Of a DNA stretch of 64,000 bases, positions 42,018 to 52,663 are shown one piece after another. The stretch comes from Sedimentisphaerales bacterium. GTDB lineage: Bacteria > Planctomycetota > Phycisphaerae > Sedimentisphaerales > SM23-30. The translations under genes and the position numbers were made by a program. The stretch lies in NCBI GenBank assembly GCA_963666285.1, contig OY762711.1; one strand, written 5' to 3'. The notes under the pieces are model-generated. The model made no database searches and was not told where the DNA came from. It worked only from the letters and a program-made list of their open reading frames with translations. Positions within the stretch are counted from its first letter, which is position 1. Each line of letters begins with the position of its first letter.

Positions 42018-42752
42018 TACAGTCTCCTCAAGTTATCATTAACATTTCTCTTTACTCAAACAACATGAAATCTTCAGAAAAATAACAGATCATTTTCCTG
42101 ACCAATGCTTCGACCATAAAACCAACTGACATAAACAAAATAAATGCGATATCAGGCAGAAAACACAATATCTCTACCAAAAACATTGCATTTTTATATA
42201 GAATCTTACAGAAAAATACATATACATAGATTGCAGATATTGCAATATTTCAAGAACTAGACACCCAAAAAATAACACCCAAAAAACTGCAAAAAAACAA
42301 AAAAATGTAAAAAAGCATAATGACAATTATCTGTCATAAAGTCATAATTTTAATTTTCAATTCCACATAAAATGATAATTTAAGAAAAAATGGGCAATAT
42401 TCCGACCTAACTGATAAGGTCCATGAAATAAAACATGTATGATATAACAAAAGAACTACACATTAATTAATCGCAATATTGACTTATTTTTACCATCTTA
42501 TAGAATGCACTCGCTAAAAAATAATATTTTTTCAAAAAGTTATTATAGGATTCTTCTAGATGTTTTGTATCAAAATTTATCCCCATATGCACTGTTATAT
42601 TTTGCAGTTACTCACCATAAAAATATCTATTAAACAGTATAAAAATAAGTAATTATCTAAAATAATTTTATACATAAGGATATAATGATAGCATAGACAA
42701 ATCAATGTTGACATGTCAACATCATACAAAAAACCAAACTAACCAAGAGTGC

Positions 42753-42963
42753 GGTTTATGCTACGCATCATATACATGGCGCACTTTTGACTGTTCAACA
42801 TTATACGCAAAGGCCGGAACAGGGCCAATTAAGTGAAAAACGAATAGTGAAAAATGAAAAATTAAGGTGTTCGACTATCGTCTCACGTTTTGTTTAATAT
42901 TAAAGCGTTGCAGGAAGGCCCTTTTAGGCGATTTTTGCAACTTAAAAACTGCGAAAGTAAACC
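42753..42963. repeat. ~211 bp dispersed element, copy 2 (MITE-like, imperfect terminal inverted repeats)
   Basis: Direct copy of 19911-20100 with extra heptamer units; ends GGTTTATGCTACGCA / TGCGAAAGTAAACC. Confidence 0.85.
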
Positions 42964-42967
42964 AAGA

Positions 42968-43627
42968 CTAAATAGGATTATTTCTAACAATTCTCAATAA
43001 TAGCTTGTAGATATCTTCACTTCTGTGATTAAACCGAAATTCACACTCTTTAAGGTGAAGAGCAAAAGCCTTACGTCTGATACCTCTGAATCTTGAAAGT
43101 CTGTCTTTAGCACCTATCCAAAAAGTCTCAACAGTATCTAACTGATTTGTTTTAAGATTACACCCAGTTAACCCCAGTCTATAAATTTTTTTCTGGCCAA
43201 AATCAACAATACTATTAAAAGAAACGATGCCGTCTTCTTTGAACCCAGTATCACCCAACCTATTATTAACAATCTTATTCAATTGCTTTCTTGTGCAGTT
43301 TTTAACTACCTGAGTATAAACATTATCGTCATGTTTAATTATCCCAAACACCATCAATACCTTTTTATCTTTTAGTAATCCACAATGACAGCACCCCGGA
43401 CAATATTTACATTTAATCCTGCTATTTTTAAGATTTACCGGCTTATGATCGTCACAATATCTAGCAATCCTTTCTCTCAACATTATTACAATACTATTTG
43501 CTGTCTTTCGAGAAACACCTGCTATTTTAGCAATTTTATTGACTTCTATGTCAATCGCAAAGAGTCGAATAATCTGTCTGATTTTTATTTCTGATATTTT
43601 AGCGCTCTTTTTATATTTATTTTTCAT
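42968..43627 (-). mobile_element. IS1595 (IS1016-like) transposase-derived ORF, catalytically degenerate
   Basis: MKNKY..AKISE.K.RQIIRLFA, VFGIIK....VYT, ETFW..AK.RL..F.G, LHLKECEFRFN. The first catalytic E.DESY motif is absent and no clear element TIRs were found. Confidence 0.75.
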
Positions 43628-43844
43628 ACTACAAAACAATACTGCTCATCCAAGCATTAGCGTACTGTATAGTTTCCGATTTACCCTGAGCAAACTTGGA
43701 AAAATGAACTAAACATAACCAAGAACAGCCGCCAAGCATAATCTGTACAAGAAAATTCGATTTCAAATAAAAAACATTGTATAGCACCTGGGCAAAATTA
43801 CTTGCCAAGGCACTATACAAAAGAATATGAGAAGAAATGAAGGT

Positions 43845-45782
43845 TTATTTAAATTCGCTATAACTGTTATTATTGGAAAGTGCAAAATCATTATTGCAGT
43901 TAAAGGATTCTTCCGCAGCAATCCTGTGAAAAACGCTATCAGCATCGCTCAAAAAAGCTCCTCCCCCGTGCTTCACATTTTCAATATTTTTTCCACTAAT
44001 AACTGCACCCAGCTCCATAACAATCTGATTCATCTGAACAGCCTGAGCACTAAGCTCTTCTGACGCACTGGCAGACTCCTCTGCATTTGCAGAATTTTCC
44101 TGAGTTATCTTATCCATTTGACAAATTGCTTTACTAATATGCTCTATTCCCTCGGCCTGCTCATCACTGGCAGCAGAAATATTATTTACAAGACTTGCTG
44201 TTTTATTGATATTATCAACAATTTCATCTAATACACAAGACACCTGCCCGGCAATGTCCACACCATTTCTGGAATAATTGACAGCACCTTCAATCAACGA
44301 GGAAGTATTTTTGGCAGCTTCAGCTGAACGCATTGCCAAATTCCTAACTTCTTCGGCAACAACAGCAAATCCTTTACCAGCCTCACCGGCACGAGCAGCT
44401 TCAACAGCAGCATTCAAAGCCAGCAAATTGGTCTGGAAAGCAATTTCGTCAATTACTTTAATGATTTTAGCAGTTTCACCGCTGGCATTCTGAATATCCT
44501 GTATAGCAGAATTCATCTTTTTCATTTCAGCAATACCTTTATCTGCCGAGTGACTTGTCTTTTCAGCAAGTTCATTAGCAACTTTAGCATCAGCAGCACT
44601 CTGTTTTGTCATAGTCGACATTTCCTCTAAACTTGATGATGACTCTTCAAGCCCGGCAGCCTGCTCGGTAGCCCCCCTGGCAAGCGACTGAGAAGTTGAT
44701 GAAACCTGATTGGCAGCAGCTGTAACCTCACTCGATCCCAATGTCAGTGCAGATATTATCCGGTTGATAGGCTTTACAATTCCACTAGTCAATATATAAG
44801 CTATTACCAAACCAATTATCACAGCTATACCAGAAGAGGCAATAATCATAAAAGAAGCATTCTGCACAATGGCCTCCGACTCTTTTTCCAATTCCACGAT
44901 CATTCCACTCACTTTGTCTCTTACCGATTTAGCATCTTCCATAACATGCCCGGCTTTTTCTTTCTGTTTCAACTGTTCCTGACGCTGGGAAGCAATACAC
45001 TGACAGAACAGCTCAACATTTTCTTTATATGTATCTAATGCCGGCAAGGCCTTTCTGATTGCCTGCCTGGTTTTTTCTGAATGCATCATCGTTTCAGCCT
45101 GAACCAGCAGTTCTCGAGTGCTGTCAACTTTTTGTATCCATTCTTTAGCTAATATATCCTGCCGCTCGGCATCGCTGGTACAAAAACACTTATAAGCAGC
45201 CACATAAAACTCATGCACCGATTCAAGACATTTATGAGCAAAAAAAGTATTGTTAGCAACATCTTTATTAACCATTCCATCTTTTTCGGTTTCATGAGTA
45301 TAAGATTCTGCTACTTCAACAATTGTATTGACACTATCTCGAACAGTATTTGCCAGTTCCAATCTAAGTTTACCGGCACTCATCTTTTGATTTTCCAAAG
45401 TTACATAAGATTTAAATGACTTATCATATTCGCTGGCATTCTCTATCATATCACCTGCTTCATCTTGTATTTCAGAGGAAGTCTGTAAAGTTTGAATTTC
45501 CTTAGCAGTATCGAATATAATATTAGCCTGCTCATCCTGCATAGTTTCATACTTGCTGTCTTTATAAATAATATATCTTAAGCAATGAGCCTGAGTATCC
45601 TGAGCCGCTGTTAGAATTGTGTTAGCTTTATCAGCAACATCAATCTGCTTAACAATATTATCCATAGCCCCAATAGTTCTTTGCAGACTGGAGTAACCAA
45701 TAAAAGCCACCAGCGACATAATCACCAATATAAAAATAAAACCACCATACAGCTTAACACTTAGTTTAACATTCTTCAGCAT
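43845..45782 (-). CDS. Methyl-accepting chemotaxis protein (paralog 2 of tandem pair)
   Basis: Colinear with 40083-42017 with a near-identical N-terminus; signalling hairpin; ends YSEFK. Confidence 0.95.
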   Translation of the reverse strand: MLKNVKLSVKLYGGFIFILVIMSLVAFIGYSSLQRTIGAMDNIVKQIDVADKANTILTAAQDTQAHCLRYIIYKDSKYETMQDEQANIIFDTAKEIQTLQTSSEIQDEAGDMIENASEYDKSFKSYVTLENQKMSAGKLRLELANTVRDSVNTIVEVAESYTHETEKDGMVNKDVANNTFFAHKCLESVHEFYVAAYKCFCTSDAERQDILAKEWIQKVDSTRELLVQAETMMHSEKTRQAIRKALPALDTYKENVELFCQCIASQRQEQLKQKEKAGHVMEDAKSVRDKVSGMIVELEKESEAIVQNASFMIIASSGIAVIIGLVIAYILTSGIVKPINRIISALTLGSSEVTAAANQVSSTSQSLARGATEQAAGLEESSSSLEEMSTMTKQSAADAKVANELAEKTSHSADKGIAEMKKMNSAIQDIQNASGETAKIIKVIDEIAFQTNLLALNAAVEAARAGEAGKGFAVVAEEVRNLAMRSAEAAKNTSSLIEGAVNYSRNGVDIAGQVSCVLDEIVDNINKTASLVNNISAASDEQAEGIEHISKAICQMDKITQENSANAEESASASEELSAQAVQMNQIVMELGAVISGKNIENVKHGGGAFLSDADSVFHRIAAEESFNCNNDFALSNNNSYSEFK

Positions 45783-46039
45783 CTTTCACTCCATAATTCA
45801 TTTTTTCGTTTATAGCCTAATTACATTACATTTAACAATTTAACATTCTGTATTCAAAATGAATATTCGACCTGAAAAATACGTAACATAAATTTAAAAG
45901 TGTTACTCTAAACTACCAACACATTTGGGAATGAAAAAAATGGCATCATTTTTAGAAGCTGTCTTAAAAATACAGCTAAGAATCAGCAAACACGAAAACC
46001 AACCATGGGAACTACCCCAAAAGAAAATACATCTAATCA

Positions 46040-46628
46040 CGCACGCCTCCTGCATAGCAGGAGGTCTGAGGAAGGCCCCTAAAAGGGGCCGTTGGGTTCA
46101 CTTACTTCAAATTATCTTCATTACGGTCTTTTATTAGTTGATTCTTGACATAATTCCTTATTACTTCAATGTCAAGTCCAACTGTACTTACATTATAACC
46201 TCGAGACCAAAAGCTCCTTCCAAACAAGTTACCTTGATGGCGATCAAGTAGCCTGTTTATGCGGATAGCACTTTTGCCCTTCAAAAAACCTATCGCCATT
46301 GCAATACTATACTTAGGCGGAACACTTAAAACCATATGAACATGATCCTTAGCTAAGTTTCCCTCTATTAGTACAATATCCTTTTGACGACATAATTCTC
46401 GCAATATCTCTCTAATCTGAGTGCGATTCCTTTTAAACCTTTCTATCCTACGATATTTTGGTACCATTACTATATGATACTTACAGTCCCATTTGACATG
46501 GGATTGACTTCGCCAGTCTTTCATTTTGGTTCTCCTTTCGCCCCTTCCAGGGCCTTCCGGAGAACCATTTTATACGCTTACTACGGCAAAGCCTTATAAA
46601 TTCTCACCGGCAAAGCCGGTGGTTTACG
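46040..46628 (-). mobile_element. IS200-type insertion sequence (tnpA only)
   Basis: Subterminal hairpins CACCGGC-AAA-GCCGGTG (46605-46621), GCCTCCTGC-ATA-GCAGGAGGT (46045-46065) and GGCCCCT..AGGGGCC flank tnpA; exact ends approximate. Confidence 0.85.
46102..46524 (-). CDS. tnpA: IS200/IS605 family Y1 HUH transposase
   Basis: CKYHIV..PKYR, DHVH (HUH), LKGKSA, FWSRGY, catalytic YVKNQ. Confidence 0.95.
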   Translation of the reverse strand: MKDWRSQSHVKWDCKYHIVMVPKYRRIERFKRNRTQIREILRELCRQKDIVLIEGNLAKDHVHMVLSVPPKYSIAMAIGFLKGKSAIRINRLLDRHQGNLFGRSFWSRGYNVSTVGLDIEVIRNYVKNQLIKDRNEDNLK

Positions 46629-47026
46629 CGGTTACAATTAACAAAATAATGTCAAAAGAAACTCAAAACCATTTGAATTATTAAGATATTTAATGTTTAA
46701 TTCTAAAAAAGTTGATATATTTTCACCCGCTCTACAAGCTAACAAAAATACTTTTTTGGTGTCAACAATAATATAAATAGCTGCACCCACAATTTAACCA
46801 GAATCAAATTCAGCTATTGTACAATAGAAACAATGTTTTCATATTATTAACGTCAACAATATGCATTATTTTTTAATACGTATTACTTATTGACTTAAAA
46901 TAAGTTACGCACCTTTTTCATGCTTTTGCTTCCCATGACCCTCAAAAAACACACTTCCAAAAATAATATACTAATTATTTTCTAAAAAAATAACAAGGAT
47001 CTGCAAATTCGATAATAAAATTTCTG

Positions 47027-48313
47027 TTATTTACTTTGAGATTGCGGTATCTCCGTCAAAGATCTGACTTCATCAGCAATGATCTCTATGGCTTTAGCAA
47101 CGGCTGTGTCATCCTGGGAATAGGTCATGCGTATACACTGGTCCTTATGGTCCCAGTCCTGATCCATGCCTGGGAAGAAATAATGGCCGGGAACGACAAG
47201 AACGCCTCGCTGTTTAAGCCGCTGATAAAGCAGTTCGCAGGAAATGGGCAGACCTTTGAACCAAAGCCACAAGAAAAGGGCACCTTCAGGCTTGTGTATA
47301 TAGTAGTCTATGCCGGTAAAGTTCTCGTGAATAAGCTGGACCGCTCTCTGACATTTTTCAAGGTAGTACGGCCTGATTATGTTCTTACTGATATCGAGAA
47401 CCTCACCGGAACTGACCAGCGACCTGGCAACAGCCGCTCCCATAGCGTTAGGTGCCAGTGACAGAACAGCATTAAACTCAGATACCGCCTGGATAACTTC
47501 CTTATCAGCAATTACTATACCGGTACGAGTACCGGGCAGGCCGAACTTGGAAAGACTCATGCTAACAATAACATTTTTAGCCCAGAACGGCTGAGCTTCA
47601 GTGAAAATAATATTCGGGAAAGGAGTTCCGTAGGCATTGTCAAGTATTAGCGGTATGTCGTGCTGCTGGGCAAGAGCGATCAGGCGACTGACCTCTTGGT
47701 CGGTAAGCACGTTACCAGTAGGATTGGTAGGCCGCGAGATACATATAGCACCAATATCATCAGTAACCTTGAGCCGGTCAAAATTAACATGATACTTAAA
47801 AATGCGGTCCGGCATCATCTCAACATCTGGCATAAAGCTGCGGAAGATATTGCCGCCGATACCAATATCAGCATAACCGATATATTCCGGGGCAAGCGGC
47901 AACAAAACTTTTTTCTGAGAGCCATCAGCAGCAACCCCGGCAAACATATTGAATAAGACGAAAAAAGCAGACTGACTGCCTGCGGTAAGAGCGACATTCT
48001 CCGGTGCAATATTCCAGCCGTATTCTTTGTTCATAAGCGAACAAAGGGCCTCGATAAAGGCGATATTACCCTGCGGAGAATCGTAAACACCGAGAGCACG
48101 CTCAAAACTGTCGCCATGAGCCATAAGCTCATTCATTGATCTGCGGAAAATCTTTTGAAGGTCCGGTATCAATGCCGGGTTACCGCCGCCAAGCATGAGA
48201 ATATCTCTGTTAACATTCATAGCATGGCCGAGATCGTCCATTAAAAGACTGATACCGGACTTGCTTTTCAACTTTTCGCCAAATAGAGTCAGTTTCATTA
48301 TATCCACCGTCAT
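47027..48313 (-). CDS. avtA: Valine--pyruvate aminotransferase
   Basis: LMDDL..MLGGGNPA, LPLAPEYIGYAD, ISRPTNPTGNV, DNAYG.PFP, SLSK.GLPG.RTG. Confidence 0.9.
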   Translation of the reverse strand: MTVDIMKLTLFGEKLKSKSGISLLMDDLGHAMNVNRDILMLGGGNPALIPDLQKIFRRSMNELMAHGDSFERALGVYDSPQGNIAFIEALCSLMNKEYGWNIAPENVALTAGSQSAFFVLFNMFAGVAADGSQKKVLLPLAPEYIGYADIGIGGNIFRSFMPDVEMMPDRIFKYHVNFDRLKVTDDIGAICISRPTNPTGNVLTDQEVSRLIALAQQHDIPLILDNAYGTPFPNIIFTEAQPFWAKNVIVSMSLSKFGLPGTRTGIVIADKEVIQAVSEFNAVLSLAPNAMGAAVARSLVSSGEVLDISKNIIRPYYLEKCQRAVQLIHENFTGIDYYIHKPEGALFLWLWFKGLPISCELLYQRLKQRGVLVVPGHYFFPGMDQDWDHKDQCIRMTYSQDDTAVAKAIEIIADEVRSLTEIPQSQSK

Positions 48314-48500
48314 TATGTTACTATTAAAATGAAGACCTATATAGTATTACTTTAAATAACCAAAATCCATGAAAAAATCGCCAAATTCAGCAATACAAAC
48401 CGCCAGTCTTAAACATCATATTTGCCTTTTTCTAAATTTAGCAATAATATCTAAGTAAAGATCAAAATTATACAAAACAAGCTTAATAAAGGAATATAAT

Positions 48501-48965
48501 ATGTCAAAGCTAAAACCAGGCGATAAGGCACCCAACTTCAAACTACTGGACCAGGATGAAAACACAGTATCATTGAGCGATTTCAAAGGCTATAAAATAT
48601 TGATATATTTTTATCCTAAAGCCAATACTCCAGGCTGCACCAAGCAATCATGCCAGGTAAGCGAGTCACTGGGAAAATTGGAAGCTGCCGGAATAAAAGC
48701 TGTTGGAATCAGCCCGGATACTCCTGACAAGCAGGCAAACTTTGACCAGAAATATGATCTTGGTTTTCCTCTGCTTTGCGATACCAAACTCGAAGTCGCA
48801 AACGCATATGGCGTTTACGGCGAAAAAGAATCATTCGGCCAGAAGAAAATGGGAATAATTCGCAGCTCTTTCCTGATCGACGAAAAAGGCAAAATAATCG
48901 AAACCTGGTATAAGGTAAGCCCACTGGATACGGTGCCGCTGGCATTGGAAAAAGCCAAAGGCTAA
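48501..48965 (+). CDS. bcp: Thioredoxin-dependent thiol peroxidase Bcp
   Basis: YFYPKANTPGCTKQSC, IIRSSFLIDEKG. Confidence 0.93.
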   Translation: MSKLKPGDKAPNFKLLDQDENTVSLSDFKGYKILIYFYPKANTPGCTKQSCQVSESLGKLEAAGIKAVGISPDTPDKQANFDQKYDLGFPLLCDTKLEVANAYGVYGEKESFGQKKMGIIRSSFLIDEKGKIIETWYKVSPLDTVPLALEKAKG

Positions 48966-49723
48966 TCGGCTTTCCGGCATTTACCGGCGATAAACACCCT
49001 GTCGTCTATGAGTTCACAAATAAGTTCACCCCCACGAGGAGAGAGCTGATGTGCTAAAAGTTTATTTTTACCCATAATCTCAGCCCAATAAGGTGCCAAC
49101 TGGCAATGGGCAGAGCCGGTAACGTGGTCCTCATCGATCCCAATATTAGGGGCAAAAAACCGGCTGACAAAATCGGCTTCATCGCCAGGTGCGGTAATAA
49201 TAAGTCCCCTGCGGTCCAGCTGACGTATGCGGTCAAAATCCGGGACAAAAGCCAGTACCTGCTGCTGAGTGCCGAGAACGGCCATAATATCAACACCGGC
49301 AATTACCTCGACTGGGTCTGTTTTGATTGCGTCAAGCAAAAGCCTGCTTGCCTTAGTCGGTTTACCGGGGCGAGCGGGAAAATCCAAAATTAGATAATCG
49401 TCATCCAATGCGATGGTAAGATCGCCGGCACCGCTTTTGAGCTTTACCTGCCCATTCTGAATGCCAAGGATATTGAACAAGACGAAACCAGCAGCAAGAG
49501 TGGCGTGGCCGCAAAGGTCAACCTCACAAACGGGGGTATACCACCTAATCTGCCAGCATTCGCCCTGCGGCACCAGCATCGACGTTTCAGGCATGCCGTT
49601 GTCTCGGGCAATCTCCTGTAATTCGTCGTCTGGAAGCCACTGATCCAGGACGCAGACACCGGCCGGGTTACCGGAAAACCTGTCGTTTACAAAGGCATCG
49701 ATAATATATGACTTTTTGTTCAT
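48962..49723 (-). CDS. PhzF family epimerase-like protein
   Basis: DAF....F.GNPAGV, EVDLCGHATLA, EDHVTGSAH. Confidence 0.93.
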   Translation of the reverse strand: MNKKSYIIDAFVNDRFSGNPAGVCVLDQWLPDDELQEIARDNGMPETSMLVPQGECWQIRWYTPVCEVDLCGHATLAAGFVLFNILGIQNGQVKLKSGAGDLTIALDDDYLILDFPARPGKPTKASRLLLDAIKTDPVEVIAGVDIMAVLGTQQQVLAFVPDFDRIRQLDRRGLIITAPGDEADFVSRFFAPNIGIDEDHVTGSAHCQLAPYWAEIMGKNKLLAHQLSPRGGELICELIDDRVFIAGKCRKAD

Positions 49724-49838
49724 TACTTTATCTCCAAAGAAATCTAAACTGTAAGCAATTATAGCGATAATAAGGGCGTATTAAAAGATACAGTCAAAAG
49801 AGATTTATACCATAACAAACTCCCGACAATACTCAAAC

Positions 49839-49868
49839 AAAAAAGGCCGTCCCAGATGGAACGGCCTT
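49839..49868 (-). terminator. Intrinsic terminator closing the secreted-protein locus
   Basis: AAGGCCGT pairs with ACGGCCTT; A-run on the plus strand. Confidence 0.7.
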
Positions 49869-49920
49869 CGATATGAGAGCTGCACAAACATGCAACTTAT
49901 TTTTATGAGTGGTTAATCAA

Positions 49921-52635
49921 TTATTCGATGGTTTCGCATAAAGATGAATCACTCCAGTCGCAATCAAGCCATTCAGAAAGTATAACTGCAAGATCAGCAA
50001 CGTCTACGATACAGTAACTATCGTTAGACCTTACAATATCATTGTCCGGATTAGCTAAACAGACTTCCGGGAGAGTCTCAATAGAACTAACCAAGGTACC
50101 ATAAGCAATAGGGCTAGTCTGGAACATTACTTTTCCTGACAGGTCATTACCAAACTCGTCTTCATGGTAAGGTACGCTAACAATTATTTCATCAATGTAC
50201 CCACAAACAAGATCTGGAGTATAATTATTAACAGTATAGGCTACTATTTTTAATCCATCACGAGCCGGGTCACCCACATCAAAGGTAAACAAAGCGGTAC
50301 TATATTTCCACTCTGTATCTGAATATATAGGAAGCCAATCAACTTTATCGCCAGCATAACCACCATCTGTTTGATGGAAATATCCAAGACGCAAAGAAGG
50401 AACTTCATCTGCAAAATCATCCTTCCATTTCACAGCAACATAAACCTGATCACCATCTTGAAGACTATCAACCTGAGCTAACATTATCTGTGCTGTATCC
50501 CAAGTACTGCTAGTAACTTTTAACAGCTTATTAGATGTGTCTTCAGGGTCAACGATATTTTCGACAACAGGAATCTGGTTTGGTTCATCCCAGGAAGAAT
50601 GCGGATATGTTTCCATTGCAGTTTTGCCGTCATCCCAGCCGTACTTATAAAATTTATAGAACATACTATTGGCATTTGGATCAGGAACTCCATAGCCATC
50701 TTCCATCCAGCTGTCAGCAACAACTGTAAAGTCTGCCATATCAACGGTACAATCACCTGTCAGATCGTTTTCGAGATAGCAAATAGGATCATTAGGTTCT
50801 TGAGGGAATGTAATAGTAGCACCCTCAGGCACCCAAAGTTCAAGGTCATCGACCCAACCATAGTCACCTTCGTTAGAGTACAACTTTGCATCAACAACAA
50901 GCGTATCCCTATCGTTTGCATCACCATCATCAAAAGTCCATTCGTGCCCTAACATAGTCCAGTCATCATCACACAATGTTAAATTGCCTTCAGCAGAAGC
51001 AACATTACTTCCATCTACTTCATAATGTCCCCAAAGTCTAACTCCTAGTCCTTCACTTTCACCTTTCTTGGCCATAATTCTGGCACGAACAATATCTCCG
51101 TCAGACAAACCAGAAATTTTTGCAAGATAAGCTTGTGAATTGTCATCACTCTTCAAAGTTGCCTTTAGTGAACTAAAACCAGAATTAAAATCATTTTTAT
51201 CATTTCTGGTTTCAATATTAGAACCTCTACCTACATCAATACCATTATTCTCCCAGCCATAAGAGGCATCCGGGTCAGTCCATTCCGTAAAATCAATAAC
51301 CGGCACATTCGGCTCAACACTAACACCGGTTCCAGGGAAAGTAATCGTTGCATACCCTGGGGCTGTAATATTTAGATCATCGGCATAGGAATATTCATCA
51401 GTTGCCCCATAACAGCGTATCTGCACATCTAAAGTTGTGCCTGAGGTCGTCCAGGTGAAACTTTGAGTACCCCAGCTGGCTGAGGTATAACCCTGACTTG
51501 GCCCACCCACGTCAGAATAGCCAGAAGCCCATAATCTAGTACCATAAGTAGTATTAGTTCCATGATATTGGAGCCTGACTGCGGCAGAAACCTGATCCCC
51601 TGGATTAAGGCCGGTCACACTGGCAGCTTTAATGTAAGCAGTACTACCAGAAGTTTTGGTCAACTTCACTGCTGACGATCCACTTGTTTTTTCTTCAGAG
51701 GTAAACTCAGATGTCACATTGCTATCAAATAAAGAAGGAGAAGCTCCGTCTTCCCAGCCATATGCCATTGCATTAAAGTCAGGGGCACTTCCTAGAGAAT
51801 AATAAACAGTAACAACACCGCCCATAACCAATTCTTCACCCGAAGCCGGATCCTGGCTCACAAAACCACCAACCGGAACATCATCACTATAAGCATCTGC
51901 TATAACTGCTGTCAAACCAGCTGACTCAATTGCAGACTGGGCAGCAGTCGAACTCATTCCAGCAACATCGGGAACAATAACCATTGTGGAATTTGGAGTT
52001 ACTTCTGAAAATGTTGTGGCAACAATCAAATTATCAATTGAAAGATCTCCAGTATAAGTTCTTTGCCTGATTGAAACACCGTCAATAGGATCAACTACAT
52101 AAGTATAGGTTGCAGAAATTGTATCACCGGTATCAACCACCGTAAGCGAAGAAATTTTATTAGCAAAATCAACACCAACTACAACACGGTACGTTGTATT
52201 GAAATCATACGTCTGGCTAGTAAAAGAAGCGTATGCCAAACTAGATGAATTATAATTTATCGCAAACTGGAACCCGGTATCTTTTGCAACAACATACAGG
52301 CGGCTTCTATAATAAGTACCGGAGCTTGGTTTATAATGGAAGAAGTATTCACCGGTATTGGCAGCTGAAACATTAATATCAAAACCAGCATAAATTTCAC
52401 CAGATGTCTGCTCGGTAAATGTTGCATAAACATCTTCAGTGTTACCATCAACAACAAATATTTTACCACCATCAACCTGCAGTTCTCCTACTGTAGTATC
52501 GACACTAGTGGAATTCCAAGCAGCATTATCAACCAAGCTGCCGTCAGGATAATTAAAATTATCATCAAGCAAAACATCAGCATTAACTGCAACACAAATT
52601 AACAGTACAAAAAATGCAAATAGTTTTTTCATCAT
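49921..52635 (-). CDS. Secreted multidomain protein (beta-sandwich, PASTA, three YGW[E/D] modules, dockerin-like repeats)
   Basis: Signal peptide; VPDVAGMS..A...IESAGL..SQDP PASTA; DLTGDCTVDMADF..W and CIVDVADL..W dockerin-like motifs. Confidence 0.75.
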   Translation of the reverse strand: MMKKLFAFFVLLICVAVNADVLLDDNFNYPDGSLVDNAAWNSTSVDTTVGELQVDGGKIFVVDGNTEDVYATFTEQTSGEIYAGFDINVSAANTGEYFFHYKPSSGTYYRSRLYVVAKDTGFQFAINYNSSSLAYASFTSQTYDFNTTYRVVVGVDFANKISSLTVVDTGDTISATYTYVVDPIDGVSIRQRTYTGDLSIDNLIVATTFSEVTPNSTMVIVPDVAGMSSTAAQSAIESAGLTAVIADAYSDDVPVGGFVSQDPASGEELVMGGVVTVYYSLGSAPDFNAMAYGWEDGASPSLFDSNVTSEFTSEEKTSGSSAVKLTKTSGSTAYIKAASVTGLNPGDQVSAAVRLQYHGTNTTYGTRLWASGYSDVGGPSQGYTSASWGTQSFTWTTSGTTLDVQIRCYGATDEYSYADDLNITAPGYATITFPGTGVSVEPNVPVIDFTEWTDPDASYGWENNGIDVGRGSNIETRNDKNDFNSGFSSLKATLKSDDNSQAYLAKISGLSDGDIVRARIMAKKGESEGLGVRLWGHYEVDGSNVASAEGNLTLCDDDWTMLGHEWTFDDGDANDRDTLVVDAKLYSNEGDYGWVDDLELWVPEGATITFPQEPNDPICYLENDLTGDCTVDMADFTVVADSWMEDGYGVPDPNANSMFYKFYKYGWDDGKTAMETYPHSSWDEPNQIPVVENIVDPEDTSNKLLKVTSSTWDTAQIMLAQVDSLQDGDQVYVAVKWKDDFADEVPSLRLGYFHQTDGGYAGDKVDWLPIYSDTEWKYSTALFTFDVGDPARDGLKIVAYTVNNYTPDLVCGYIDEIIVSVPYHEDEFGNDLSGKVMFQTSPIAYGTLVSSIETLPEVCLANPDNDIVRSNDSYCIVDVADLAVILSEWLDCDWSDSSLCETIE

Positions 52636-52663
52636 TACATTCTCCTAAGAATTAAGTGATAAA

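Noticed and set aside
42760..42790. dif-like words (CGCATCA-TATACA-TGGCGCAC) inside the dispersed element
   Set aside because: One arm needs a 2-bp gap to align, and the TATACA spacer is not conserved in copy 1 (TATGCA).
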